From positions 1-64,000 of IMG/VR virus record IMGVR_UViG_3300038465_000055: a stretch of 64,000 bases of DNA; one strand, given 5' to 3'. A model generated the notes under the pieces. That model was not told where the DNA came from, ran no database searches, and saw only the letters and a program-made list of their open reading frames with translations. The stretch comes from a virus. Within the stretch, counting starts at the first letter, position 1, and every line of letters starts with the position of its first letter. This document shows, in pieces, positions 1-7,613 of this stretch. A program made the translations under genes and the position numbers.

Positions 1-234
1 CCCGCATCCGCAATAGGCCGATTTGACTTCATTCAGGTAGATCCCCGGTCGCTCCTCCTCCGGACAGTCGACACCGGGACAATCCGCAAAGCCAGCCACG
101 GTATAGACCAAGCCAACCTGCGGCAGATATCTGACCACTCTGCAATTGGCGATGAGTGGAATGACGTTGATCACGCGCTGGCCTACCTTGGTGATTCCCT
201 GCCAGCCGCCGGGCACGATGATATGTTTTGTCAT
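1..234 (-). CDS. Hypothetical phage protein, runs off the window edge (MTKHIIVPGGWQGITKVGQRV...)
   Basis: ATG at 234-232 overlaps the stop of the upstream ORF (ATGA); frame open to position 1. Confidence 0.6.
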   Translation of the reverse strand, partial: MTKHIIVPGGWQGITKVGQRVINVIPLIANCRVVRYLPQVGLVYTVAGFADCPGVDCPEEERPGIYLNEVKSAYCGCG

Positions 235-452
235 AGTCCCATCTTCCTTATGTTCGCCTTGTCGATGCGACGTTGATTGCGAGGGCGCTTGTCTTGGATC
301 GCGCTGAATTTTGTCGGACTATGAACCTTGGTCACCAACCAACGATCCTGTTTGCCCTGCACTGAGAACGTAACCGTCTCGCCAAACTTATACCCGTGCG
401 GCTTCGCCGTCTCGATCGTCAGAACGCCACCATCCACGGTTAGCGACGTCAT
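231..452 (-). CDS. Small stand-alone beta-domain protein (E1-FCCH-like)
   Basis: LTIETAKPHGYKFGETVTFS resembles the TxTTxxxHGxxxGxxVxxxG insert seen in structural proteins of this phage; 4-bp overlaps with both neighbours. Confidence 0.55.
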   Translation of the reverse strand: MTSLTVDGGVLTIETAKPHGYKFGETVTFSVQGKQDRWLVTKVHSPTKFSAIQDKRPRNQRRIDKANIRKMGL

Positions 453-919
453 TGGCTAAACCGATGCAGGCTGGCAAGCACATCATGAGCTGACGACGTG
501 TCGCGCGATGCCTCGGTTTCTTCATCCTGCGACATCGCCGCGACCACATTGACCGCGCGAGTATGATTCGTATATTTTGGAACGAACGGTCGCTGCCTCG
601 GTTCAAATGGAGCGCGTGATTCTTTTTCCGCTTCCGCGACAATAGTCGTCGCTGCCTCGCCGAACATTTTCATCCGCGCGCGCAGCAGCGAGCATTCCCG
701 GTTCGAGCGCGCTAGATCGTTTGTCAGGATATCGATCCGATCCGCCGCCTCATCTTGGATGGTGCGAGAATGCCGCAGCTCCAACGTCAGCGCCGCATTC
801 TCCTCGCGTAGTCGCAACGCTTCGGCCAGCGCTCGATCGCACTCTACCAAGAACGGGAGAATCTTTTCCGAGAGCGTATGTTCCGGCGCCCTCATTGATG
901 CAAATTGCCGTGTGTTCAT
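449..919 (-). CDS. Hypothetical coiled-coil protein
   Basis: 156-aa ORF, heptad-like N-terminal half, ATGA-coupled to neighbours. Confidence 0.65.
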   Translation of the reverse strand: MNTRQFASMRAPEHTLSEKILPFLVECDRALAEALRLREENAALTLELRHSRTIQDEAADRIDILTNDLARSNRECSLLRARMKMFGEAATTIVAEAEKESRAPFEPRQRPFVPKYTNHTRAVNVVAAMSQDEETEASRDTSSAHDVLASLHRFSQ

Positions 920-1179
920 GGTTGTCTAATCCTCTTGCATGGCATCGTCAGTGTCCGCGGATCGTCGGGGCGACCGGCGACGGTAACGAGCGCTGTGAAG
1001 TGGCATGTCTCGCATACCACCGAATAGGTTCCGCAGCGAGGTGCCGGATAGGGTAGGTTCCAGCAACATGATTCCTCACCGGGTTTCGCACAAGTCGCGT
1101 CGATCCCGTCAGGGTATTTTGGGTTTGGCTTCTGCGTCGCCGTGCGACCGCTATCGTTGAAATGGATTTTAGCTCCCAC
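916..1179 (-). CDS. Small Cys-rich (Zn-binding) hypothetical protein
   Basis: CETC and other Cys; GTG start preceded by AGGAGG. Confidence 0.65.
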   Translation of the reverse strand: MGAKIHFNDSGRTATQKPNPKYPDGIDATCAKPGEESCCWNLPYPAPRCGTYSVVCETCHFTALVTVAGRPDDPRTLTMPCKRIRQP

Positions 1180-1250
1180 CGGCTCGCCTCCTGTTTGTGA
1201 TTCCCGACCCTATGCAGATCGCCGGCAGATTGTCTATGGTAAAAACCAGT

Positions 1251-1288
1251 GAGGCGCCGACGCCATACAGGTCGTTTGTCGGCGCCTC
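1251..1288. other. Intergenic 11-bp stem-loop (possible minus-strand terminator/attenuator)
   Basis: GAGGCGCCGAC (1251-1261) / GTCGGCGCCTC (1278-1288); followed on the minus strand by ACTGGTTTTT. Confidence 0.5.
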
Positions 1289-1324
1289 TACCCGTCGCAA
1301 CCGGAACGACACCGGCTCGGCGGA

Positions 1325-1552
1325 TCAGTTAACCAGCTCACGGCCGGCAATCTCGATCATGGGCAATGCGGCAACCATACCGCCCCTCTGGACGCCGGGC
1401 GTGCTGGCAGACAGTTTGCTATCGATGCCAAGGAAGCGAAAGCGTACCCTGCACGCCAGACACCTGACTGCGATCAACAACACCGTGACGTCATCGTCCG
1501 CGAAATATGTCGGCACCGCCGTGATCTGGGTTTCCGGATGCTTGCACTTCAT
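1325..1552 (-). CDS. Small hypothetical protein (CxH...CxxC)
   Basis: 75-aa ORF ATGA-coupled to the upstream gene. Confidence 0.55.
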   Translation of the reverse strand: MKCKHPETQITAVPTYFADDDVTVLLIAVRCLACRVRFRFLGIDSKLSASTPGVQRGGMVAALPMIEIAGRELVN

Positions 1553-2364
1553 GGCTTGTCCATATCCGCCATCGGCGGCAAAACAGTTTTTGGATTGACC
1601 CCGATGCTTTTCAGCAGCGACGGGCTGATCAATGTGCCGTCAGACGCATAATGCGGCCGGCGCCCCATCGCCTTGTAGGCCCCGATGATATTTGCCTGAC
1701 TTGCGGCAATTGCTTGACTGGATGCCTCCTCCCGCCGCCGTTGCTCCTCCTCCGTGATAGGATCTGGCTTCTGGTTTTTTACCTTCCATTCTTCATGCCG
1801 CGCGCGAATTCCAGCCAGTTCCTCCTCTGAGAGTTGCGGCGCGCGAATATCCTTGATCGATAGAAGGCGCACGAACCGCGACTTTTCCTCGCGCATATCC
1901 ACAGTTTTGTTTTCGCATTGCTGCGCGACGACTGCCGCTGACGGTGGAAACGTCGGATTGACGCCCTCGACTAATCCGCGCGCCAGCGCCTTGCAGACAC
2001 TCTCGATCGCCCAAACCGGATGATCGCCGAGCGCATTCACGTAGGCCGCTGTTACTTTGTGCGGGCTCTCCATTTTATGTAACGGCCAACCATCTCTAAG
2101 CATCGCCGTCACTGCCGCTGCTGTGCGTTCTCGCGCAGCCATGCCCGCGTGGACAGATGGCGATAATGACCTGCCGATAGCCGTAGCCCGATCGTACAAG
2201 GCTTGCTTGTCAGTCTTCGGGATCTCGCGCGACAGTGTAAGGATGCGCCCTTGTTCAAGCACGTCGTTTTCATACGTGTGGAGCAATTGCAGCGCAGCGC
2301 GAGATTTCGTCAGCTCCTCGCTAACGCCGGTAGTGGCCGCCGTCGTCGTCAGATCGTTGCTCAT
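1549..2364 (-). CDS. Replication-associated protein (helicase-loader-like, lambda P position)
   Basis: AAYVNALGDHPVWAIESVC...FPPSAA pattern typical of the gene following phage replication initiators. Confidence 0.6.
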   Translation of the reverse strand: MSNDLTTTAATTGVSEELTKSRAALQLLHTYENDVLEQGRILTLSREIPKTDKQALYDRATAIGRSLSPSVHAGMAARERTAAAVTAMLRDGWPLHKMESPHKVTAAYVNALGDHPVWAIESVCKALARGLVEGVNPTFPPSAAVVAQQCENKTVDMREEKSRFVRLLSIKDIRAPQLSEEELAGIRARHEEWKVKNQKPDPITEEEQRRREEASSQAIAASQANIIGAYKAMGRRPHYASDGTLISPSLLKSIGVNPKTVLPPMADMDKP

Positions 2365-2824
2365 TGCCTTGGTCCCGCACGCGCTGTTCAAAATGATCGG
2401 CTAGGTCGAACATTGTCTCGCCGCCGTCCGGTGGCCGCCCCGATGGACCGTCAAGCCACCGCTTCTGATGCAGCCATGTCGCCGCCATCGGAATGAATTT
2501 GGAGTCTCCCAGCTTTCGTTCAAGCCGATGTTTCCACTCTGAGCCGAGTCTAACGGCAGCCGCAATAATGATCTCTGGTTTTTCCCCACTCTTGATCGCT
2601 GCGATGAATTTCAGCTCCGCAACGTGTTTAGGCGAGGCCCCGTCACGCCTTGGAAAAACCAGCCAAAATTCCTCGAACGAACCTGCAAGCACTAATTTGG
2701 TTCCTTTGGTCTTTTTGGGCCTCGATCGCACGGCGCCTGCCGTGGCCTGATCTATGATCGGTTGAGGGACGCCGCAGAGCAGCATCATACTCGCCATTTT
2801 CAAAATCTGTACTTCTGTGGCCAT
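2321..2824 (-). CDS. Phage replication initiator, C-terminal-domain type
   Basis: FEEFWLVFPRR...KFIPMAATWLHQKRWLD motif; strong RBS GGAGGAG before ATG 2824 (frame is open back to 3064). Confidence 0.75.
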   Translation of the reverse strand: MATEVQILKMASMMLLCGVPQPIIDQATAGAVRSRPKKTKGTKLVLAGSFEEFWLVFPRRDGASPKHVAELKFIAAIKSGEKPEIIIAAAVRLGSEWKHRLERKLGDSKFIPMAATWLHQKRWLDGPSGRPPDGGETMFDLADHFEQRVRDQGNEQRSDDDGGHYRR

Positions 2825-3222
2825 TTCGTTTTCTCCTCCGCTTATCAACAGGGAATCTTGCTTTCTTCTCTGATTCTGTTTCTTAACAATCTTAGATTCA
2901 ACAAATAATTGAAAATCTATATCGTTTGGCCGATAGGCCGAACCGAGACAGAGTCCACCAAAGGCCGACAAAAGAGCTGTCCGCCTTTGGCTAGACCGGG
3001 AGCCTTGAAAGGCTACTTGCGGACCCGATTCCCCCTCGTCGGCAGAGAGAACAACGGTGAACATATTTCACGCTCGACGTGGCGACCGGGGGCTCGTTCT
3101 TAGCCCTCCCCCATATGACCTATGGCCGCAATTCCATCCTAAGCCTTGGTAGACGCGCGCGACCGGATCGTGGGCGCTTGGGCGGCACGCGACCGATTGA
3201 CACAAGGGGATGGTGGCGAACG

Positions 3223-3251
3223 TTGACGAACGGGCACAAAGGCACTACATA
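3223..3251 (+). promoter_or_regulatory. Sigma70-type promoter of a counter-transcribed RNA
   Basis: TTGACG (3223-3228) - 17 bp - TACATA (3246-3251). Confidence 0.6.
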
Positions 3252-3256
3252 TCGTC

Positions 3257-3336
3257 TCGGTCCGATCAGCCGCCAAGCTTCTATCGGATTTTAGTTTGCG
3301 GCCTGCCGGTTTATCCCCGGCGGGCCGTTTGCTTTT
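3257..3336 (+). ncRNA. Putative ~80-nt antisense (ctRNA-like) RNA opposite the replication-gene leader
   Basis: Promoter upstream; hairpin TCCGAT/ATCGGA (3261-3288); terminator 3299-3336; no ORF inside. Confidence 0.5.
3299..3336 (+). terminator. Rho-independent terminator
   Basis: 11-bp stem CGGCCTGCCGG/CCGGCGGGCCG (one G-U) followed by TTTGCTTTT. Confidence 0.7.
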
Positions 3337-3547
3337 GTAGGATTGATTCGCTGGCCGTGTCGAGTCCGGATTATTTTTCCACCGTTATCCACCGGCTGAC
3401 TTGACAGAGCTGGTATTTACAGCCGTTCATCCAAGGCATCTGGTTTCGCGGAGCGGTTCCGACACATACATCGCAAGGCTTCGGCCACTGCACCAAGGGC
3501 AACCAACCAACATTCTGGATCGCAATCGGCCACGGCGTAACTTGTGG

Positions 3548-4108
3548 CTACCCTTTTCTCCCATAGAATGTCGGCTGCCCGATCCAGTTCCCCCCGGGGA
3601 AATAATACCAGCACGAATTATCTTTGCCCGCCGCCAGCGACCCCGGTATCCACTTCACGCGGCCTATCGCAACAATCTTCGAACACCGCCGCAATAGCCA
3701 CGCGCTTTCGCCGTTGTGCATCCAGTCCGCGTCGAATAGATACCAAGCTGGCTTGATCGAAATAAAGTGTTCGATGATCGCGTGCAGGATCAAGCGCGTC
3801 CATGGCGGATTCGTGATGATGACGTCGCAATGGTTAATCGTGGCCTTGGTGATCTTGAGCGCGTCCCGCTTCTCAATGCGGCAGATGCGCTCAAGTCTTG
3901 TTGATGCGCGTCGTGGGGCGATGTCGCTCGCATAGGCACAGAAGATGTGATCGTTATGCAGGTGACGGATCAGGTTGCCTTGCCCCGCGCACGGCTCCGC
4001 GAAGTAGTCGTCCTTATCCAGATGCGCGAGCAGCGGCCACACCGCGCGCGCTGGCGTGTCATAGGCGTCATTAGCTACGCGCTCGAAATTAGGCGATCGC
4101 TTACCCAT
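3548..4108 (-). CDS. Phage DNA amino-methyltransferase (N6-adenine type)
   Basis: DAYDTP, motif I EPCAGQG, motif IV NPPW. Confidence 0.85.
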   Translation of the reverse strand: MGKRSPNFERVANDAYDTPARAVWPLLAHLDKDDYFAEPCAGQGNLIRHLHNDHIFCAYASDIAPRRASTRLERICRIEKRDALKITKATINHCDVIITNPPWTRLILHAIIEHFISIKPAWYLFDADWMHNGESAWLLRRCSKIVAIGRVKWIPGSLAAGKDNSCWYYFPGGNWIGQPTFYGRKG

Positions 4109-4139
4109 GTTTACTTCCTTAATGAACCGTCTCTGGTAG

Positions 4140-4634
4140 TTAGTCCCAATACTTCGGCAGCTCAATCATATCGGTGCGATCGGCGCCATAGGCCGCGATC
4201 AGCGCGGCATCAGCGCGGTTGTGATCTTTCACTCGCTTGAACTGATCAGCCGACTTCGGAAACAGCGTCATCGCCAGCGCTCGCGAGTCAGCCTTCATCG
4301 TGTGAAGCAGATTGAAGCGGGTTTTCCATTTTTTCGGCGTAACGCGAACGCAGTTGTCAACCTCGCAAACCGAGATACCTTCGAGGATGCCGACATTGCG
4401 CATGAACACGCCGGCGGCGACAACGCCTTGCCCAATGAATGCGTGGACGTTTTCGAAATACAGGAAATCCGGTTCCCATTTGCGGATCAGGTCGCGGTAC
4501 GCGCGCCCGTCGATCTCGCCTTCCTCCGTGTTGGGAATATCAACACACAAACACTCTGGCCAATTGGAACGGCCTGCCTCAAACAAGAGACAGGCCGCGC
4601 CATTCTTTCCGGGATCGACGCCGACGACACGCAT
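4140..4634 (-). CDS. ruvC: RuvC-like Holliday junction resolvase
   Basis: VVGVDPGKNGA, FENV, VTPKKWK, DHNRADAALIA. Confidence 0.85.
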   Translation of the reverse strand: MRVVGVDPGKNGAACLLFEAGRSNWPECLCVDIPNTEEGEIDGRAYRDLIRKWEPDFLYFENVHAFIGQGVVAAGVFMRNVGILEGISVCEVDNCVRVTPKKWKTRFNLLHTMKADSRALAMTLFPKSADQFKRVKDHNRADAALIAAYGADRTDMIELPKYWD

Positions 4635-5218
4635 CAGTGGAGCGGCTGACGATCTTCATCCTGATCGGACTCCATCGTCTGCAGCGAGCCGGCCGCCGGA
4701 TTGTCCTCGTCCATACTGCCGCTGCCAGCGTCGGCTTCGCCGTCATCATCCTCGCCGGGCTTCTTCTTTTTGCTGTTGGCCTTTGCTTGGGCCTTGGCAA
4801 CGACCGGATCGGGAATGAGCTGGCCCTGCTCTGCTGCGCGTTTGCCGAGTTCGAGCGCATCGATATACATTAGAAGATGCGGCAGCGTCGTGGATAGCTT
4901 TCTCGGTGACATGGAGTCGAGTCCGCGGACGATCGACAAAGCCTTGCGATCGAAGTGCTGCGTCTCGCACGCCTTGGCGATCATCTCGCCCATCTTGCCG
5001 GCGGCTTCTGACGCTTCCTTCTGAGAGACCTTGAGACGACGAACGAGCGCGATAACCTGCGCGTCCTGCGGCGCCCGATCCCTGTCGAACGAAAGCTTAG
5101 GCGCGGCGGCGCGTTTTGGCTCTGACGCTGCTTTTACTTTTGGCGACGACTTTTTTGGCGACGACTTTCTTGCGCTCTTTGCTGCGGCCTTCTCGGCGGC
5201 GGACTTCGGTTTGGTCAT
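4634..5218 (-). CDS. GapR/DUF2312-like DNA-binding protein with Lys-rich N-tail and acidic C-tail
   Basis: Core ...AKACETQHFDRKALSIVRGL...LLMYIDALELG resembles the GapR pattern; SPKK repeats at N-terminus. Confidence 0.55.
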   Translation of the reverse strand: MTKPKSAAEKAAAKSARKSSPKKSSPKVKAASEPKRAAAPKLSFDRDRAPQDAQVIALVRRLKVSQKEASEAAGKMGEMIAKACETQHFDRKALSIVRGLDSMSPRKLSTTLPHLLMYIDALELGKRAAEQGQLIPDPVVAKAQAKANSKKKKPGEDDDGEADAGSGSMDEDNPAAGSLQTMESDQDEDRQPLH

Positions 5219-5507
5219 GATTGGTCTTTCCTTCAGGTTGCTGATAGTGGGCGACGTCTTTGACGATCGGCATCGGCTTTCCATCTGGCCACTTCTCAGT
5301 AAACCACGCGGTCAGAAGGTCGTATTTGCGCAGCGTGCAAGATGTCTTGCCGCTTTCGAGATCCGGGAAAAACGTCATCGTCCCGGTCGAGTTAGACCCC
5401 ACGGTCGTGATCTTCAACCCAGCCGCCTCGGCATATGCCTTGGCGAGCGTCACGAGGTTTGCCACAAGAGGGGCCGAAATGGGCTGGATTACTGCGGGCT
5501 GTGTCAT
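5097..5507 (-). CDS. Cro-like transcriptional regulator
   Basis: LAKAYAEAAGLKITTVG...TLRKYDLLTAWFTEKWP pattern of alphaproteobacterial phage Cro-like proteins; first gene of the leftward operon. Confidence 0.65.
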   Translation of the reverse strand: MTQPAVIQPISAPLVANLVTLAKAYAEAAGLKITTVGSNSTGTMTFFPDLESGKTSCTLRKYDLLTAWFTEKWPDGKPMPIVKDVAHYQQPEGKTNHDQTEVRRREGRSKERKKVVAKKVVAKSKSSVRAKTRRRA

Positions 5508-5549
5508 AGGGATATCGTTCTACCCCCTTGGAGTCCGGAAGGGAATCCC

Positions 5550-5608
5550 CCGGTGGATAAATAACAGGTAAAAACCCCTTGACGGCCGCTCTGGTTTTTA
5601 CCTAGCTT
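5550..5608 (+). promoter_or_regulatory. Divergent control region: rightward promoter inside an 11-bp inverted-repeat operator
   Basis: AGGTAAAAACC (5566-5576) / GGTTTTTACCT (5593-5603) flank TTGACG (5579-5584); TAGCTT at 5603-5608; GGTGGATAA at 5552-5560. Confidence 0.65.
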
Positions 5609-5680
5609 GTTCCGGTCAAAAGGTCCGTGATTCCCCCAAGCTGCCAGACAACCGTTCTCACGCAACAGGAGTCCGCAGAG

Positions 5681-6010
5681 ATGCCCATGATCGCTTACAA
5701 ACTGACAGGCACGAATTTTAGAGGCCAGATCGCCGTCGATTTCGTCGCCGAGATGAAGCCCGGCCATGCCGCCACCCTTTACCGGGAGCGCAACAACGAG
5801 TTGGACAAGATGGCCATCAAGGTCCTCGCCGACCAAGGTCCCAACAGCACGTCGATGGATATCGGGTACATCGGCCGCCCGCATAATGCCAAGCTTTCTA
5901 GGCTGATGGACGCCGATCCCGACGTCACATGGCACGGCAAGTTCGGCTACATGGGCACCGGCAAATCCAAAATCCCAGCGATACAGGTTGAGGTGCCCGA
6001 TGACGACTGA
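5681..6010 (+). CDS. HIRAN-domain protein
   Basis: LTGTNFRG...LYRERNNELDKMAIKV...IGYI motif; AGGAG RBS. Confidence 0.8.
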   Translation: MPMIAYKLTGTNFRGQIAVDFVAEMKPGHAATLYRERNNELDKMAIKVLADQGPNSTSMDIGYIGRPHNAKLSRLMDADPDVTWHGKFGYMGTGKSKIPAIQVEVPDDD

Positions 6011-7079
6011 TCCGTACAAATGGCACGATGACGCGATGAAGGGGATTCGCGGTCCGATCCACGACGGCGATCCGATGACTGGCTGGTACCGCAATCGCCG
6101 ACTGATCAGCCGCAAGGATGAATCGCCCAAGCGATACGAATTTGAGGCAGTGGCTTACTGGAAAGACACCGCGACCGGTGAGCAGCGCTGCCACGTCAAT
6201 GGTAAATCGGTGAACGAGACCACATTGCATACGATGTGGCCCTATGCATCGAAATACCCCATCAGCGAGGAAACATATGATGCGTACCTCGCGACCGGAA
6301 AATGGCCAGAGCACAACGATGTTCTGGCCGAGCAAGAGGCGAAGTCGAACGAGGCCCCCGACGATGATTCTCCGGAAGGCGTGCGGAGTCGCATCGACTC
6401 CCTAGTGGCAGAAGCCAATCGCCTGATGAAGAAAGGCGCTGCCAAGACCAAGGCTGAAGCCGACGCGGCCGGCGACGTTGCCGTGAAGCTGGGCGAGCTG
6501 CACGCGCACGCCGAGAAGCTTCGCAAGGCCGAGAAGAAGCCGCATCAGGACGCCGGCAATGCCGTCGACGCGAAGTGGAATCCGATCCGCGACGCCGCTG
6601 ATATTTACCTCAAGCTTAAAGCGATGGTTGTGCAGCCGTGGCTCAATGCCGAGGACGCGCGGAAGAAAAAGGAAATAGCTGAGGCAAACGCGGAGCGCGA
6701 GCGCGTCTTGCAGAAGGCGCGCGACGAGGCCGCCGCAAAGCAAGCCGAGATTGACAAGGCGCACGCTGCCGCTGCCGAAGCCGCGATCGCGAAGAACAGG
6801 CCGATCCCGCCACCGCCTGAAAAGGTCGAAGCGCAGATCCCTGAAGATTTCTATCGGGACGCACCGCAGACGTTCGTTCCTACCAAGGCCGGCACCGGCA
6901 AAACCATCAGCGCGCGCGCCGTGCGCACCGCGCAAATCGACGACTACGCCAAGACGCTGGCGCACTTCGCAGAGCATCCCGAGATCAAGGCATTGGTGCA
7001 AGAGCTGGCCAACAAACTGGCCAAGGCAAAGATGCCGATACCGGGATGTGTGATCTTGGAAGATGGACGCGCGGTGTAA
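6000..7079 (+). CDS. Conserved phage protein of recombination modules (coiled-coil)
   Basis: AEKLRKAEKKPHQDAGNAVDAKW and C-terminal IPGC motif. Confidence 0.7.
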   Translation: MTTDPYKWHDDAMKGIRGPIHDGDPMTGWYRNRRLISRKDESPKRYEFEAVAYWKDTATGEQRCHVNGKSVNETTLHTMWPYASKYPISEETYDAYLATGKWPEHNDVLAEQEAKSNEAPDDDSPEGVRSRIDSLVAEANRLMKKGAAKTKAEADAAGDVAVKLGELHAHAEKLRKAEKKPHQDAGNAVDAKWNPIRDAADIYLKLKAMVVQPWLNAEDARKKKEIAEANAERERVLQKARDEAAAKQAEIDKAHAAAAEAAIAKNRPIPPPPEKVEAQIPEDFYRDAPQTFVPTKAGTGKTISARAVRTAQIDDYAKTLAHFAEHPEIKALVQELANKLAKAKMPIPGCVILEDGRAV

Positions 7080-7081
7080 TT

Positions 7082-7609
7082 ATGCGAACATTGCCTATCA
7101 TAATAACTAGCCCCAAAACGCTGGTTAAGTTCGAAAAACGGTTCATTCCAGAACCTAATACCGGATGCAGCCTTTGGCTGGGAGCGATTAATGATGACGG
7201 CTATGGTCTTTTCTCGCTCGACGGCAAGCTGTTGTTGGCGCATCGCGTTAGCTGGACGCTTAATCATGGTCCTATCCCTGAAGGTAAATTGATCTGTCAC
7301 ACGTGCGATATGCCGCCGTGCGTCAACGACGATCACCTTTACATCGGAACACACGCCAGCAATAACGCCGATGCGCACCGACGAGAACGTCATCCTAAAG
7401 TTCATTCGGTAGTGGCCTGCCGATACGGCCATAGCCGAGAGATTTTTGGTTATCTCTACAATAAGGACGGCAGTAGAAGGTGCCGAGAGTGCGCTCGCCT
7501 AACTGGTATTAGAGCAGAAAATAAATGCAGAGAGCGATTAGGCGACGAGGCGTTTAACCAACGCGCAAGCGCCTATACCGCCAAGTATCTATCCCGTAAA
7601 GGAAAATGA
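7082..7609 (+). CDS. HNH homing endonuclease
   Basis: GCSLWLG..DGYG..AHRVSW..ICHTCDMPPCVNDDHL..GTHASN; C-terminal CRYGH...RCREC. Confidence 0.9.
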   Translation: MRTLPIIITSPKTLVKFEKRFIPEPNTGCSLWLGAINDDGYGLFSLDGKLLLAHRVSWTLNHGPIPEGKLICHTCDMPPCVNDDHLYIGTHASNNADAHRRERHPKVHSVVACRYGHSREIFGYLYNKDGSRRCRECARLTGIRAENKCRERLGDEAFNQRASAYTAKYLSRKGK

Positions 7610-7613
7610 TCTA

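Noticed and set aside
3065-3222. Possible tRNA or riboswitch in the GC-rich leader
   Set aside because: No T-loop/cloverleaf or aptamer consensus recognisable by eye
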